This document shows, piece by piece, positions 12,201 to 25,261 of a stretch of DNA of 64,000 nt. The position numbers and the translations under genes are program-made. The notes under the pieces were generated by a model. The model was given only the letters and a program-made list of their open reading frames with translations. It made no database searches and was not told the DNA's origin. Numbering within the stretch: the stretch's first letter is position 1; the number at the start of each line of letters is the position of its first letter. This stretch comes from Paraspadella gotoi (taxonomy: Eukaryota > Animalia > Chaetognatha), in assembly GCA_051294375.1 (NCBI GenBank), contig CM119267.1, positions 7,792,683 to 7,856,682 on the forward strand, given 5' to 3'.

Positions 12201-13509
12201 ATGGTTCATCGTTTTACTTCCAATTTTCCCCAAATTATTCCAAATCTGACTTTAACTGCTGATGTTTATGAAGCTAAAAATTAAGGTAAATGAATATTTT
12301 TGAGGTAATAAATACGTTTTTGTGGAAAAGTAAACGTCTGTGCAACTGTTTAAAACAAAAATAATAAAAAATTTTGAAAATTTTTTTTGACCATTTGTGG
12401 CCCTCAGGGGCTGCCCCCTCAGGGCACCTTATCTCAGCTTAGGGGTGGAATGTAAAAATTTGCCTCAATAGTTCCATTTGTATCACTACTGGTACTCCGC
12501 ATGCAAAATTTCATTAAATTCTATTCAGTAGTTTTCTCGGAACGTGTTCTGGTCACAAAAAAGGGGTACCACATTTTATAATATGAAGCCTTCTGTACAT
12601 GAGCTAAGAAAGTTATTGTCGTCATGTAATGTCACGTCTTATCACGTTTATGTCACGAGAAATATACGTAATAATAATAATAATACTGCGGCGTAACACA
12701 TTTGAATTACCGTTATTGTTTGTTACATATGCGCTGATGAAGGTTAGAATAAAAACCGAAACATATTAATTTGTCAACAAAAAAAACCTACTTTTTACAC
12801 TAATAAATAATTTAAATTCTTTTAAAACTTACCCGGATATTTGTGGTCGATTTCGGCCAGCTGCTTCTCCGCTTTTACTGCGATAGTGTGGTCGTGATCT
12901 GTCGCAGCCGAGATGAGATAAGGGACCGATTGGACGGGGTGTATTAGCCCTTGATTAAGGACGAGGCATAAAACTTCCAACGCGCAGAGTCTGATCGGCT
13001 TGTAGAACGAGTGAAAACAGCCGTTGATTGCCTTGATGTACACTTGAATGATCGTGGAGGCCATGCCAGATTGAATGTCGTTCATCTCCTTCAACGAGTC
13101 CGTCCCGTCGGTTTTGGATCGGATTCCGGCCTCCTTGGCGAGGAGTTCCTCTTTGAGTTTAGCCTTGTAGGCGCGTTCCTCTCGCGTCTGCCGATTCTCC
13201 TCTTCCATGAGGTAGGTTTGCATGTTTCGGAGGACCTGCAGTTTGCACTTGACGAGATCCTTGCCGGGCTTGGTCAGGAGAGCAATGTAGAGGTCGCGAA
13301 TCTTTAAAGGGAAAAATATTGAAAATATTGAAAATCCTCATTGCCTATCTTAGCCGCCCCTATCGACGGCTACCAGTACTGACGCCCCCCTATCTTCACA
13401 AAGAGCTGGTTCCGAATAGCAATCAGAATAGGAATAGGAAAAACGTGCTTGAACACTGCGCGAGAACGAGCAGTCGTCCCTTAATAACATGAAATCCACG
13501 GCCGGACAA

Positions 13510-13548
<39 letters not shown>

Positions 13549-16500
13549 AAGAAACACGGCACCTGCTTTCCCAACATCAGATTGTAGTGTGTCGAACAAA
13601 AAAATCCGACGCCGTCGAGAGCTCGCGCCTTCAACTCCTCGTCCTTGACGTCCCGCTGGTGGATGTAGTAAAGGAAGGTGTTGAGGATGCGCTCCTCAGT
13701 GTGCTCGGGGAAGCCGAGGTCGCTGAAGGAGAAGTGCTTGCAGAAAAGGCCGAGGGTGAAAAGGTCGCGCCGCAGGCTGGGAAGATGGCTCTCCATCGCA
13801 CGGTCTTTGTTTTTTAGATCTAATGAAAAGAACGAAAATTTTTGCTGATATCCGTATCGGAACATTGGCGACTATCGCTTATACTCATTCATCACTAGCG
13901 TTGTACGTAGAGTTAAAAAAAATGTATATGTATATGTAAAAAAAGTGTAAAAATTGAGTTGTCTCACGTTTGGCGCCGTTCTTGAGATTGTTGTAGATAG
14001 ACATTAGACTGTCCTTGATAAACTTAAAATTGTGGGTGACTTGATTCACCAACGAGGCTAAGCAAGAGACGCTGCTTGGGATCACAGATTGAGGACGACT
14101 AAAAACGTTTTTCATCAGTCTTTCTTCCACCTGGTGTGAAAAAAGAAGTTGGATCAGTGAACGGATGAATAATCGGTCCTTTTTTAAACCTTAAAACTAA
14201 CGTCGGAAAGGAAGTTTTCGCTGGGATGATCCATAAGAGGAATAACGTTCTCTAGGATCGAATTGACGTCGACGATAACGGCGTTGTCAGCGGAAGTGTC
14301 AGAGTCGAATGATTCTAAATACTGCGCCAGAGTGATAGCGTGAGTCGCCAGCAGCGAAGACTTCACCTGGTTAGAAAAAGCGGTTGTCCAGTATTAATAA
14401 AAAAATATTGAGAAAACTCGTTGGACAAAATCACTTCGCGTTTACACAAAAAAAATATAGACAGGAAAGAGATACCCTTGTAAACAAATGTAGCGCGGAG
14501 AAGCAGGAGACGAGACGTGCGGTCTTAGAATTGGTTACATTTTCCTCTTCTTTAACCGGAGGTTCCGTCCTTTCCTCCTCATTTTCTTGGTTATTCATCG
14601 CGTCAAGATCACCGTCTTCCTTTTCTTCTTCCAAGTTCCTGTCAATTTCCTTCTCCCTAACGGTCGATCCTTTGCTGATTTCTGTGGTTAAATTTTTTTA
14701 TTTTTAAATAATTTAATAATTTTTTTATAATTATCACTAATACGGATTATGGATTTATTACCCAGATCCAGATCAATGACTTTTTCGACTAGAGCGTCGA
14801 CGAGTTGCTTGCAAGCTTGAAGAACGGGACCGACGTTGGATTGATAGCTTTGGATAAGTTCTTCTCGAGCGAGGTTTCCGGCCGTGGAGTCTTCAGAATA
14901 GGATTTAGAACATTTATTATGATTATCAATAGTCAATTATTATTGCTATTACCGTTTTATTTTCGCCCTTACCTCTAGCTTGTTTCTTGGCGCTTCCTGG
15001 CGCCGCCAGCAGCGCCGCCGCCAACGCTTCATCGTTTGCGTCCTCCTCTCTTTTCAGCAATGACGCTACCAAAGCCTCCAACCATTCTAATCCTGAGTGA
15101 GCGAGTCAGTCAATATCATAAATTTATCAATATCAAAAAACTCAAAATTGGAAGTCGAAAGACATGAAAACTTACCCGCAGAACCGCCTGCCTCGGCCGT
15201 GCAAGCGTGAACAACATCCGTCAGCTGCCCAATCTTGATGGCGATCATGGCGTCGACTTGCGCCTTCAAGTCTGCGTCGCGCGTCCCAAAGCCCCGCTGT
15301 TTCGGGCGCGCAGGCGAGAACCACATGTTTTCGAAGACTTCGGATACAAGTTTTTTGATGCCTTCCTCGTCGTGGACACGCCGAATAATACGCACGCAAA
15401 TCTCGGTGTTTTTAGAAAATTCCGGCTGCTCAATACAAATGTCCCTGGAAATTAGAGAAGATGGTAAACAGTTTGGAATAAAGATCCCAGTACAGTAATA
15501 TTAGATTCCGGTCTTTTTACCTGAGTATCTTGATGACCCTCTTCCTGACGGAGACTCCCGTATCCAAGATTCGCTCCACAATCATAGGGTAGTATTTCTC
15601 GGTAAGTGAGGGTCGGATCATCACGAAGCGGCCAATCAGATCGACGGCTGCCTCGCGGACCGAGTTGGCGTGGTCGAGCAACCGCGCCTGGACGCCTTTC
15701 TGCATGTCGTCTAAAATAGGAAAAAGTACTTTCTAATATTGTATATATTTAAAACAAAGAAAAAATTAGTTGAATAATTTAGTTTCCAGTTTTTTTTTTT
15801 TAAATTTTTAAGCATTTCCTATCTGTCGGTTCATTGCCGGATAAATAGCGACGAACCTCTTTCCAGCAGACTAGGATCGACCTCGACGACGGCGGCGAGG
15901 CATTTCATGGCTTTAGTCCTGACGGCAATGGCAGGTTCCCCAAGAACCCTGAGGATTTTTTTAAGGTACAGGTCGAAGCTTTGGCCGAAGGGAAGCTGCG
16001 CGGACAGGTACCGCGTAGCAAGGCTTGCATCGTCGTTAGACATCTGTGGTAAAAATGTATACATGAAGATTAATTGAAGATTAATGAAGATCAAGTGAGG
16101 TTGATCGTCGGAATCATATCCCTTCTTGCCTTGGATCTTTCGAGAGAGGGACGACCGGTCGTGAAATCAACAGCAAGCTGCAACATTCTTCCTTTTCTCT
16201 CCTCGGCCTGCCGCAGCAACTGAGTATTTCGTTCTAACTCGTCAATCTCCGACTGATGATTCTCCTTTTCCGCGGCAACAACTTCGTCGTCGTCGTCCGA
16301 GTTGACAGTTATCTCGTCACGAACCTTATTGGTAGAATAATGCATGGACGAACTTGGGCCAAAGGAAAATTATGAAATATTTGTTGCTAATTATCGTTAC
16401 TACAAAAAAGTAAAATTAATTAGATGGTTAAAAGATACATACGAACAATATATTCGCCCATACCTTCTTTGCCGCCCTGTTCTTATTTGTCATGGCTAAT

Positions 16501-19500
16501 TTGGTTTCGTCCTGCGCGTCCTTGAACCACTGGGCGATGTAAAACCGTTGCGCAAAAGAGAAGGTCGGATCGCCGGAGTTGCCTTGCGATCGCAGGTAGG
16601 ATAGAAGTCCCTGTTGCATCACCGAAGTCCGATTCTCCGACCGAATATCTCTCGCCTCCTTGTGAAAGTTATTCTCCGAGGAAATCCCTTCTTTTTTGCC
16701 GTTTTTCCTTTTGCTTTTGCTTTTTTTAGACTTAGCGCCGGGATCGTCGCTGTTATCGTCTTCCGAGTACGAAGAGTCGCTGTTCTCGTCGTCATCGTCG
16801 ATTCGAGTCTTTTTTCTCCTCCGCGTCTTTTCGTGGTCGTCGTTTTCAGCGTCAGCTTCGTCCTCGGCGTCGCTTCTCCCCGCTTCCTCCGCCTGAACGT
16901 CCTCGTCGAAGTCTGGGTCGTCGGTGGCCGAAAGAACCTCCATCAGAGCGCGGATGGCGCGGTTGTTTATGTTCGAGTGAATGGCGTCCTAGAAAAGGGA
17001 GTTGAAAGAAATGTCACTCTTGGCTGAAGTTTAAACATTATCTTGAAATTGCTTCAAGATTAGTTTACTCCGTTCGTCGCTTTTACCTTCCTCAGTCGAG
17101 AGGCGATAATTCCAAGATAATCGATGGATGAAATTCGAAGAGACATGTCGATTGACTTGTTTCCGAACTGAGCGATTAGAAGGTTGCCAAGAAGCCGCAG
17201 CATCACCTCTGCTGAAGGCCATTCAGGCTTATTCACTGCCGTTAGAAGATCCTGGACGAAATTTTCGAAAAGCGGACGAAAGTCTTCTTCACCCTTCATG
17301 CCGCATTTGTGGAGAAATCTGAAAGAAGAGCAGGGTTAAACAATATTTGACGACATGATTTTCTAACCTTTTTTCTTGTCCGAATCTTCACCTGGCTAGA
17401 AAGTTGTGGGCCACTTGAAGCGCTTGAGTGTAGCTCTGTTCGATGAAGACGTCATTGTCAACCTTCCGCCGACGCCGCCGCCGGATTTCTTCTTCATCCT
17501 CTACCGTCTGGTCCTCTTCTTCGTCGACTTCAGGAAGAGTGACCACGCTTTGCATGAGTTGAAGCACAAGGCCAGACATCATTTGAATGCTCTCCTCGCT
17601 GCAAAATTCGTTCGTTTTGGGGAGAGGAATGAGGAGATTACTTTTATTTTAGATTACATTTGGAGTTATATATATCTTTATATATATACATATCTCCTCC
17701 CTCTTTATGCCGAATAAGGTTTCGGTCTCAAAAATTATTGAAACCACTGAAACATCTGACAAATCTTATCCGATTCGACCAACAACATTGCAGATTACTA
17801 AAACAACGCAAACGCTGTTACCCGTTGATTTTATAATTTCTAAGGCTTTTCTTGGAAGACGGTAGTCTGGCGAGAGAGGACAAGATATCGTCGAGAATGA
17901 GCTGACGATGCTTTGGGTATCGAGAGAAAATGGACGTCGCCAACTGAATGGCGTTCAGCTGAAGATCGGGAATATTTTCCACGAAAAACGCCGAGACTCC
18001 CAGGGAAGAAATTTCCAGCACAATCTGGAAGTAGAAAAAATCCCATGTTACAAATGTGTGAAATTAATCATTATGTTGTGAAGAACGTTATCCAAACCGT
18101 GTCGGTAAGTTCGCTGCGGTCGCTCAACTCGGCCAAGAGTTTTACGGTTTGCGTGATTTTGTTGTAGAGGTTTATACTGTGTTTGTTTTTGACGACGGCG
18201 GCTTTGGCACGTTTTTGCTTCATAGAGGACGTCCCTTTAGAATTTGTCCGGTAGACGGGGTCGTAGTCGGGGTAGATGGTGTTTTGCAACTGGAACTTCG
18301 CGAATTTGACGCAACGCTCGATCGCGTCCTCGACGAAAACCTACAAAATTAATCAAATCATCAGCCAAAGATTCAATTTTACAAAGAATCTCGTAGACGC
18401 TACTAGATAAACAAGTTGTTTACCTGCTTCGGCATTTCCGGAGCGCACATTATGTTAAGCGCTGCCAAGGCAGCGTCGGCGCTTCGAAGAACGCGGTCCA
18501 TGACGACGTTCCGCCACATTCGGTCTTCCTCCCCGTCACCAATGACGGTTTCAGCATCCTCCTCGAGATACGGAGTTAAACGTGCAGCGTCACGCACATT
18601 GCGTTCCAACACGCTCAAAACACGCACTATTCGTTCGATGGAGACGAGGTGTAAAGCTTTGCTTGCTTTCAATTTGGCAACCTGAGCAAAGGTAGACAGT
18701 GGAAGGAAGTCAAAATAATATGAATGAAATCAAGGTTCTAAACTTAACCAGCTGGGTTTTAAACCGACCTCCGCGCAAAGGTCGCTGAGTTTTTCATGGG
18801 AGATGAGGAGCTCCGTGGGACATTCGTCGTGGTCGTCCTCCTCTTCCTCCAAATTGACGGTCAAAGCCGCCTCTTCAAAGGCCTCCATAATTCCGTTAAT
18901 TATCGTCATGAATCTGAAATAGAGAAAATGATATGAAAACGTTTTGTCCCTTCAGATAGACCCGCTTGTCTATTGTCTAAATAAAAACTACACTAGTTCG
19001 ATGATTCTGCTCTGTCCATTCCGCTGCATCTGTGGGAAAATTTTTCAAAGATTTATTCCAAGCTACTATTGCGATATTTTGTAATAATTATAAAATATAT
19101 CAAGTATATATATATATATAGTAATAATTTCAATTTACGACGTGAGAAAAAAAAATAATAAAAGGTTAGCAGAAAGCAAACCTTTGATACATCGGCGACT
19201 GCATAAGGTCCTCCTCGGCTTCCATTCTCTGCCGGGCTCTTTCCTTGTGTCGCCTCCTTTTTTCTCGCTCCTCTTGCGTCTCCCCAGTCTCTTCGGATCC
19301 AAGGCGCCTCCGTTTCCGGTTCCCATACTCATCGACGAAGAACTCGTGGCGCCGCTTGATGCGGTCCGCATGGCGAATCCACTTGTAAGTCGTTGCTTGC
19401 CTTATGTGTGAAAAAAAGGGAATACGATGAAACTTTTCTGTATACACATTCAATTTGTCTTAAAATATATAAAAAAAATAACCTTGCTTTTCGAGATCCG

Positions 19501-22317
19501 TAGTCGAAGCTTCCAAAGTCTTCGGGGCTCATCTCGTGCAGCGCCACTTTGGGGTATTCCAGGGAACCACCGTGAGCCAGCGTCGGTGGTACCCGAAAGG
19601 CGCCGCTGATGGCGCGCGCCCACGTGTCCCATGGGTGCCGCTTACCCAAGTTGCGTTCCCTAGAGAAAAAAAATTCCTTCGGGCTCAGTGATGATCAATA
19701 AGGTGGAGTGATGTAAAGATTAAGCGAGTTAACAATTTTTTTTTTGCTGCCTCTGTATATGTAATAAAAAAAATCATATCCTTTAAAAAAATTTTTTAGC
19801 ATAACAGTATAACAAATTAAATTTTCTTTATAGTAATATCCTTACAAAATCATAAATTTTTAAAAGAATATTTTTTTTAATTTTGAAAACAGTTTTAGAT
19901 TCGTCAGAAAAAAATAAACTTTTATAAAATATGTTATATGATATTTTAATGTTAAAGCTGTGAAAAACGACAAAAACGGTTTATCATATAATAGTTTCTA
20001 TTACAGAAAGTTAGAAAGTTAAGAATTTTAACTTTTTTCCAATTTTGACACTGTAAACCAAAAAAATTATGATAACATGGTTTATATTTTTGTTTTAACT
20101 GAATCTTTAATAAAAATTTAAAAAAAAATATTGTATTAAGCCTTTTTTTTTTTAGTTTATTTGGATTCAGATAAGACAAAATCTTTATAAAACAATTAAA
20201 TTTTATTTAGTATTTAGTATAAAGTTGGACATGTTTCAACTCGGTTTTTCGAGCTGCTGATGCAGGCTCGAAAAACCGAGTCGAAACATATCCAATTTTA
20301 TACTAAAATTTACGAAAATTTAGTCTTATCTGAAAAAAAAATTATTATAAATAAAAATTGTTTATTTTTTAAGGATAATACTATTAGAGACAGTTTCAGT
20401 TTAGTTTTGACAACAATTTTGTTTTATTGTACATGTTTCGGCTTCATTTCAAACCTTCATCAGCGTTGATGAAGGCTTGAAATGAAGCCAAAACATGAAT
20501 GTTTTACAATAAAACAAAATCGTTATCAAAACTAAACAAACTGTCTCTAATCGTCCCAAACAACGAAAAGAAAGGATTTATATCACAAGGATAATACTAT
20601 AAATATATTATATTTTGCTTTTCTGTTGCCAAAACAATATTAACAAAATACTTTTTGTATTCAATAATCATACCATCTCGCATAAATTATTATTATTAAT
20701 TGACTCATCAAATTTTTGTTCTCAGGTGCTCCACTCTAATGATCAGTGACTAATAGTCCGCGACGATATTTTGAAAAAAATTTAATATCTATAGGTTGGT
20801 AGTGTCCAAAAGTACGTATATACTAATAAACGACAATATGCCCTTATATAAGTTGTTAAACGGCAATGGTTTACCTAATTGTATGTAGAATTGTTTCAAA
20901 AACTAAATTTACTAAACACAGATTATATTAGAGTAAAACAGTTGAACTGACTTCGTCGAAAGCCTTACTTGAGGGAGTGGGAAGCCCTTTGATTGGTGAG
21001 GTATTCAGTTGGGATCGCCGACAACGCGGAGGCCTTATGGTGGTAAGCAGTGCTCGTATCGGAGAATGACGGCGAAGGGGGTACTGGCGGTTGTCGCTGC
21101 GGATGAGCGTTGCAGCGACCACTCCATCCTCCTTGGTTGGCCGGTTCGGGATAGCTTGAACTAAATAAAGGTAGAACCGAAGTTAAGAAACTAAAAATAC
21201 ATGAAAATTGAAAAACAACCCATAAAATCAGAATCTTCGACTTACCGCCCCTTGTCAAGCGCGGAAGGAGCAGAGGCGGCTTGTAAGGGGGAACCCTTGG
21301 CCTGAGCGTTATATGGACGGCCTGGTTGAAGGCGCGACTGAAGGCTATTCGACAAGTAATCTGGACTGGTCCCTCCGTTGAGTAGGATTACCTCGTCTCT
21401 CCTTAATCGAATGAAAATAGATAAAAGAAATTAAAAAAAAGAAATTACAAGAATAATAAATCGGAAATACCTGTAGCCATCTTTGCCATTCGTTTTGCTC
21501 CAGTTTGGAGAAGCTCCGATCTCATCATCCACAACGACGTCATCGTCATTTTTCATATTCCCCTTTCGATTAGGCGTTGAGCGTCCTGTAAAACATTACA
21601 AATAAATTGGTCAATATACAGTTAGTACATCGAAGGAAATATACGTAATCATTCATTTGCAATAATTCTCTTTTATCATTGCTTTTTTATTAAAATATAA
21701 TTTCAGAAATGACCAAATCAGAGCTCATATGGTAACTAAACTTAACCTTTAAACGCGACGGGACTGGTTTGCATAACGTGCTTCAACAGAGGCGGTGCTG
21801 CCCTCGGGATGTTGTCAGGAGAGTTGTCCATGACTTCAAGACCCGGAACAGCATCAAGCAGTTTTAAGGAAGCCGTCGACGTAGACGAGAGCATTTGCGC
21901 CAATTGAGAGACCAAAGCCGGGTCAGAACGAGATAATAACCGCGATGCTTCATCCTGCCGAGGGAGGAAAACAATCGAAAATGCTTAATTCATGAAAGAT
22001 TTTGAAACTAAATATATAAGTGCTATTCTATTCCTAACATGTTTATGTAGTATATTATTTCAAAAAATAATTTCTCGTATTAATTTTTCTACGTCTATAA
22101 TTCTTATCCTTTTTCAAATTATTTAAAGCTCTGGAAACAAAAAAACCTGAAACTTTTGGGAGAAGAGTAATGATGTGGGCGGAGGGCCGCCTACTCCCGA
22201 AATAGAGGCGTCAGCATCGTCCAAAGGAGCGGGCAACGGTAAATGGGGCAGCAGCTCTGACAACGACGCCAGGCCCGAGAGCGTCGTAATTGGTATCTGC
22301 GGGATTTCCCCGTTCAT
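9265..22317 (-). CDS. NIPBL: Nipped-B-like protein (Scc2/NIPBL cohesin loader), ~31 coding exons
   Basis: N-terminus MNGEIPQIPITTLSGLASLSELLPHLPLP is the MAU2-binding NIPBL start. HEAT-region motifs: EEDFRPLFENFVQDLLTAVNKPEWPSAE, AVRTKAMKCLAAVVEVDP, SVREAAVDLIGRFV...DTGVSVRKRVIKILR, LNQGLIHPVQSVPYLIS, LLLILKQFLKEYYG. Stop at 9265 after SDDPSWE. Confidence 0.97.
11515..11647 (-). mobile_element. Penelope-like pseudo-LTR remnant with degenerate hammerhead motif and tail
   Basis: Minus strand reads catttgcgCTGATGAaggttcgaattaggaccaAAAC...ctactttgtacactaat...gcaacgaaaaagagaaagga; an inverted partner lies at 12725-12805. Confidence 0.55.
11652..11822 (+). mobile_element. HINE/DINE-1-like (Helentron-derived) non-autonomous element; related head at ~30320-30400
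   Basis: T-run followed by ttgcgccgcgag...gtcagtcggtc head shared with 30325-30375. A GTCGGTC-type microsatellite after the head is typical of HINEs. Confidence 0.4.
11867..12595. mobile_element. Tc1/mariner-type MITE, near-palindromic
   Basis: ~50-bp TIR CAGAAGGCTTCATATTATAAAATG...GTGACCAGAA at both ends, TA on both flanks and further internal inverted similarity. A TIR fragment also occurs at ~50100-50117. Confidence 0.9.
12725..12805 (+). mobile_element. Penelope-like pseudo-LTR remnant with hammerhead core
   Basis: gcgCTGATGAaggtt-agaataaa-aaccGAAAcat: catalytic boxes flank stem II ggtt/aacc; downstream sequence matches the inverted copy at 11515-11647. Confidence 0.55.
20166..20335. 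mobile_element. Fold-back Penelope-like remnant with mutated hammerhead core
   Basis: Inverted arms (ttcagataagac.../...gtcttatctgaa) around gCTGATGcaggctcg-aaaaac-cgagtcGAAAcat; absent from MITE copy 2. Confidence 0.55.
20385..20586. mobile_element. Palindromic Penelope-like insertion (inverted pLTR, pLTR and tail) with hammerhead motifs
   Basis: 14-bp TSD aaggataatactat (20371-20384 and 20587-20600); fold-back centred at ~20464; minus arm gCTGATGAaggtttgaaatgaagccGAAACATGTA; the empty site is seen in MITE copy 2 (~48929-48942). Confidence 0.75.
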
Positions 22318-25261
22318 GCTGATAAAGTCTCTTTGGCGACGTAGTGAGCGGAAAGGGAGGGGCGATCACATTTTCTTCTCCTTATTCAGGTATACTGCGA
22401 ATGTTTTATCATGTAGCTTGACTCGCTCGATTTTTGATAATTAGCGTATCCTAGTCAACTGTAAACGACTCCTGAACTTGGCGAGTCGACTTCCACCTTT
22501 GCGTCTTCCATCATTATCTCAACGACCATAGTCACCGATAGCATGTTAAACTTTAGAAGAAAAATGTGAAACATGGTAACATGTCGGGTTAAAAGTAATG
22601 CCCCGAAAAAAAAACACATCGTTGTAAAAAAGTAGTCTGTTCAAATATATTGATCTGAATCAGAAAAACAAGTATTAATAATAATAATAATAATTAAAAA
22701 TAATAATAATAAAGCGAAAGTAAATACAAACTAATTACAATTTATATGTAATTAGGATCATAAGTTTCATATTTAACATAATCAAGAAGATTTCTTTTTC
22801 AATCATTTTATTTAATCGATTTAGTTAAATATTTCATTCCGGAGATAAATTTTTAGTTCTCAGATCATCCTAATCTTTTGAATATTAAAATACAATAGTA
22901 TAAATTAACTGAAAAAGCTCATGAAATACTAGGCAGTCCTTTTATCACTATTATTATTATTATAAAAGAGGAAATAGTGATCCTGACGAATTCTATTCGA
23001 AATCCTCACCATTGAATTTTGAGTCTTTCAAGATGGATATTACGAACTATTCAAGGATTCGGAAAAAAATGTTTACCTTCAAATGCTAAAAAACTATTTC
23101 CATTAGTATTTTAATTAAAACAACGACAATATAAACATCCAGAAAGGCTGTTCAAATTTGGAGAAAATGGCCACTCCAAGAACTGCTGACATCTGGTGAT
23201 TCGGCGGAAGGTGAAAGATATAGAGAGAGGAAAGAGGAAGAGTTTTTCTACTGAGGATTGTTCGAGCCGAGTTTAACTCTAATATATTGGTTGTACCAAT
23301 TTCATAATCTTGAGCATAGCTCTTATTTTCACATTTATGATTTTAGCTGCAAAATAATCTTCGTAATAAAAATATAATAGCCATAAGCATTATACGTAGA
23401 TGTACGTTGCCATAGAGATTATTCAAGTTCAGCTATTTTACCCATTTCACAAGCTCAAGAGGCAAAACCAACCCAGTTAGTGACAAAAAAAAATAAATTC
23501 TTAAACCGCCAACAAGAAAGCGTGAAACGTAAAAATAGGACAAAAATACATTTAGCAACTGGATATTTTTTTCAACTCGAGCATCGAAATCGTACATTAA
23601 ACAAAGAGCTAGAGACCGAAATTTTTGTCACTTACTATTTAAATACTCAATAATTTTTCAAAGGCGTCTAGAAGTTTGAACATTTCCAGGGCAACTGATC
23701 AGTAATGAATATATTTCAATTTTCATGTTAATTAAAATTCAATCCGTGAAAAAAGTAAATTATGAAATCTGGAGAAATCAACGTAACAATAATTACAAGA
23801 TGATGTATGGCATTTGATAATAACCAAATGAGACTTAGAACGGAGACTTAGTAATGATTTGCCTTATTTTGTTAAAAAGATTTTGTTAGCACAGCTTTAG
23901 AACAATGTTTTTTTACTTATTTTTTTATTTTTATATGCGACTAGCCTTAACTCAAAATAACACTTCGGTTTTGGGACACAACTCTTAAAATAGCAATATC
24001 TTTACACAAATGATAAGACATTATTGCAGCATTATACAGATTGACGCGGTAAACAATCTAGTTTAACATACAGCAATATGCAAATGAGTTTATAAACTTT
24101 AAAACGGCCACCGTTCGGGCCTCAAGGCAACTATGGAACACTAATGAATTCTATTAAAAAGATCTTTTCAAGCTTTTAAAATACATCTAAAATACAGATA
24201 AGCAATAATAATTATTAATTCAATAATTGGAATGATCTTAAAACTAGCGCGATTATTACAGAAGCAACGATACATCTTTTAACCCAGAAGTTTAATAAGT
24301 TCCATAGTTCAATTAAGATGATGAAAACGGTGGCGAACCCAGCATACACATTACACAATGTGTATTACAACGTAATGTTTATATTCTCTTAATTATGTAA
24401 TTATGATTTTCAATTGTCTTTTAGTTCCAGGAAAATTAATATTTAAAGTCGATAACTACACAAATAAAAACTTTCAGGATGGTAAAAAACAAAATTATTG
24501 ATCTTCATAACAAAGCCGTATGGGAAAAATCACAATTAGACTTATTCTTGAATGTGTTTGAAGGTAAAAATGCAAATCGAGAAAAAACGTTCAATATTTT
24601 TTTTAAAAAGTCGAAACGTAACAACTGATATAAAGGAAGACGAATCCCAATAATATTCGCAATAAAGCGATAAACCTCTTACAGAGAGAACCTTTATAAC
24701 ATAGTATTCAGTTGATGCCCCTCAACTTATTATATAGTTCAAGAAACCTTATCAATGAATAGATCACTTTTTCCGAAGAAGAGAAATATCTTCGGCAAAC
24801 AGTCTAAAACAAGTTTTTTATACAAACCATAAAATAATACAAACAATATTCCCATTTTTACCCTCCCTCCCGGTCCGGGTAGTTAACCACCATATTCATA
24901 AAACAATGCTAAGACCATTCCTCCAAAACCTAGTACCTAAGCGAAGCGAGAATCTAAAAAAATTTCACAAGGCGATAAACTGCACTGCAATTCTATACAC
25001 AGCTTGGTTAATTTTGAACCCTCCACTAAAAATATAAATGAATAACCCTACATACTAGTGAATAGATTTTTCGTATAAACATACACTCAATCATTTTCTC
25101 TCTCATTCCATCGGGTTCTTGGGAGGGGGTTGGTGAAAAAAAGAGAACAGACGAAAGAAAATACATAACTAAGGTGAGGGAAAGGGGGGGAGGAGAAAAA
25201 AGAAGAAAAAAATCGACGAAATAAATTCAACTTTTCTCCCTCAACTCTGGGGTTTTCTCTT

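Larger units (their letters stand above)
19699..20738. mobile_element. hAT-type MITE, copy 1, with nested Penelope-like insertions
   Basis: TIR TA(A/G)GGTGGAG...CTCCACTCTA and 8-bp TSD atgatcaa/atgatcag; colinear with the copy at 48456-49080. Confidence 0.85.

Noticed and set aside
17712-17750. Possible additional hammerhead (stem followed by ccgaaac on the minus strand)
   Set aside because: The CTGANGA box is missing; at most a decayed remnant.
22983-23003. CTGACGA...GAAA hammerhead-like spacing
   Set aside because: No stem II pairing and no stem I/III support.
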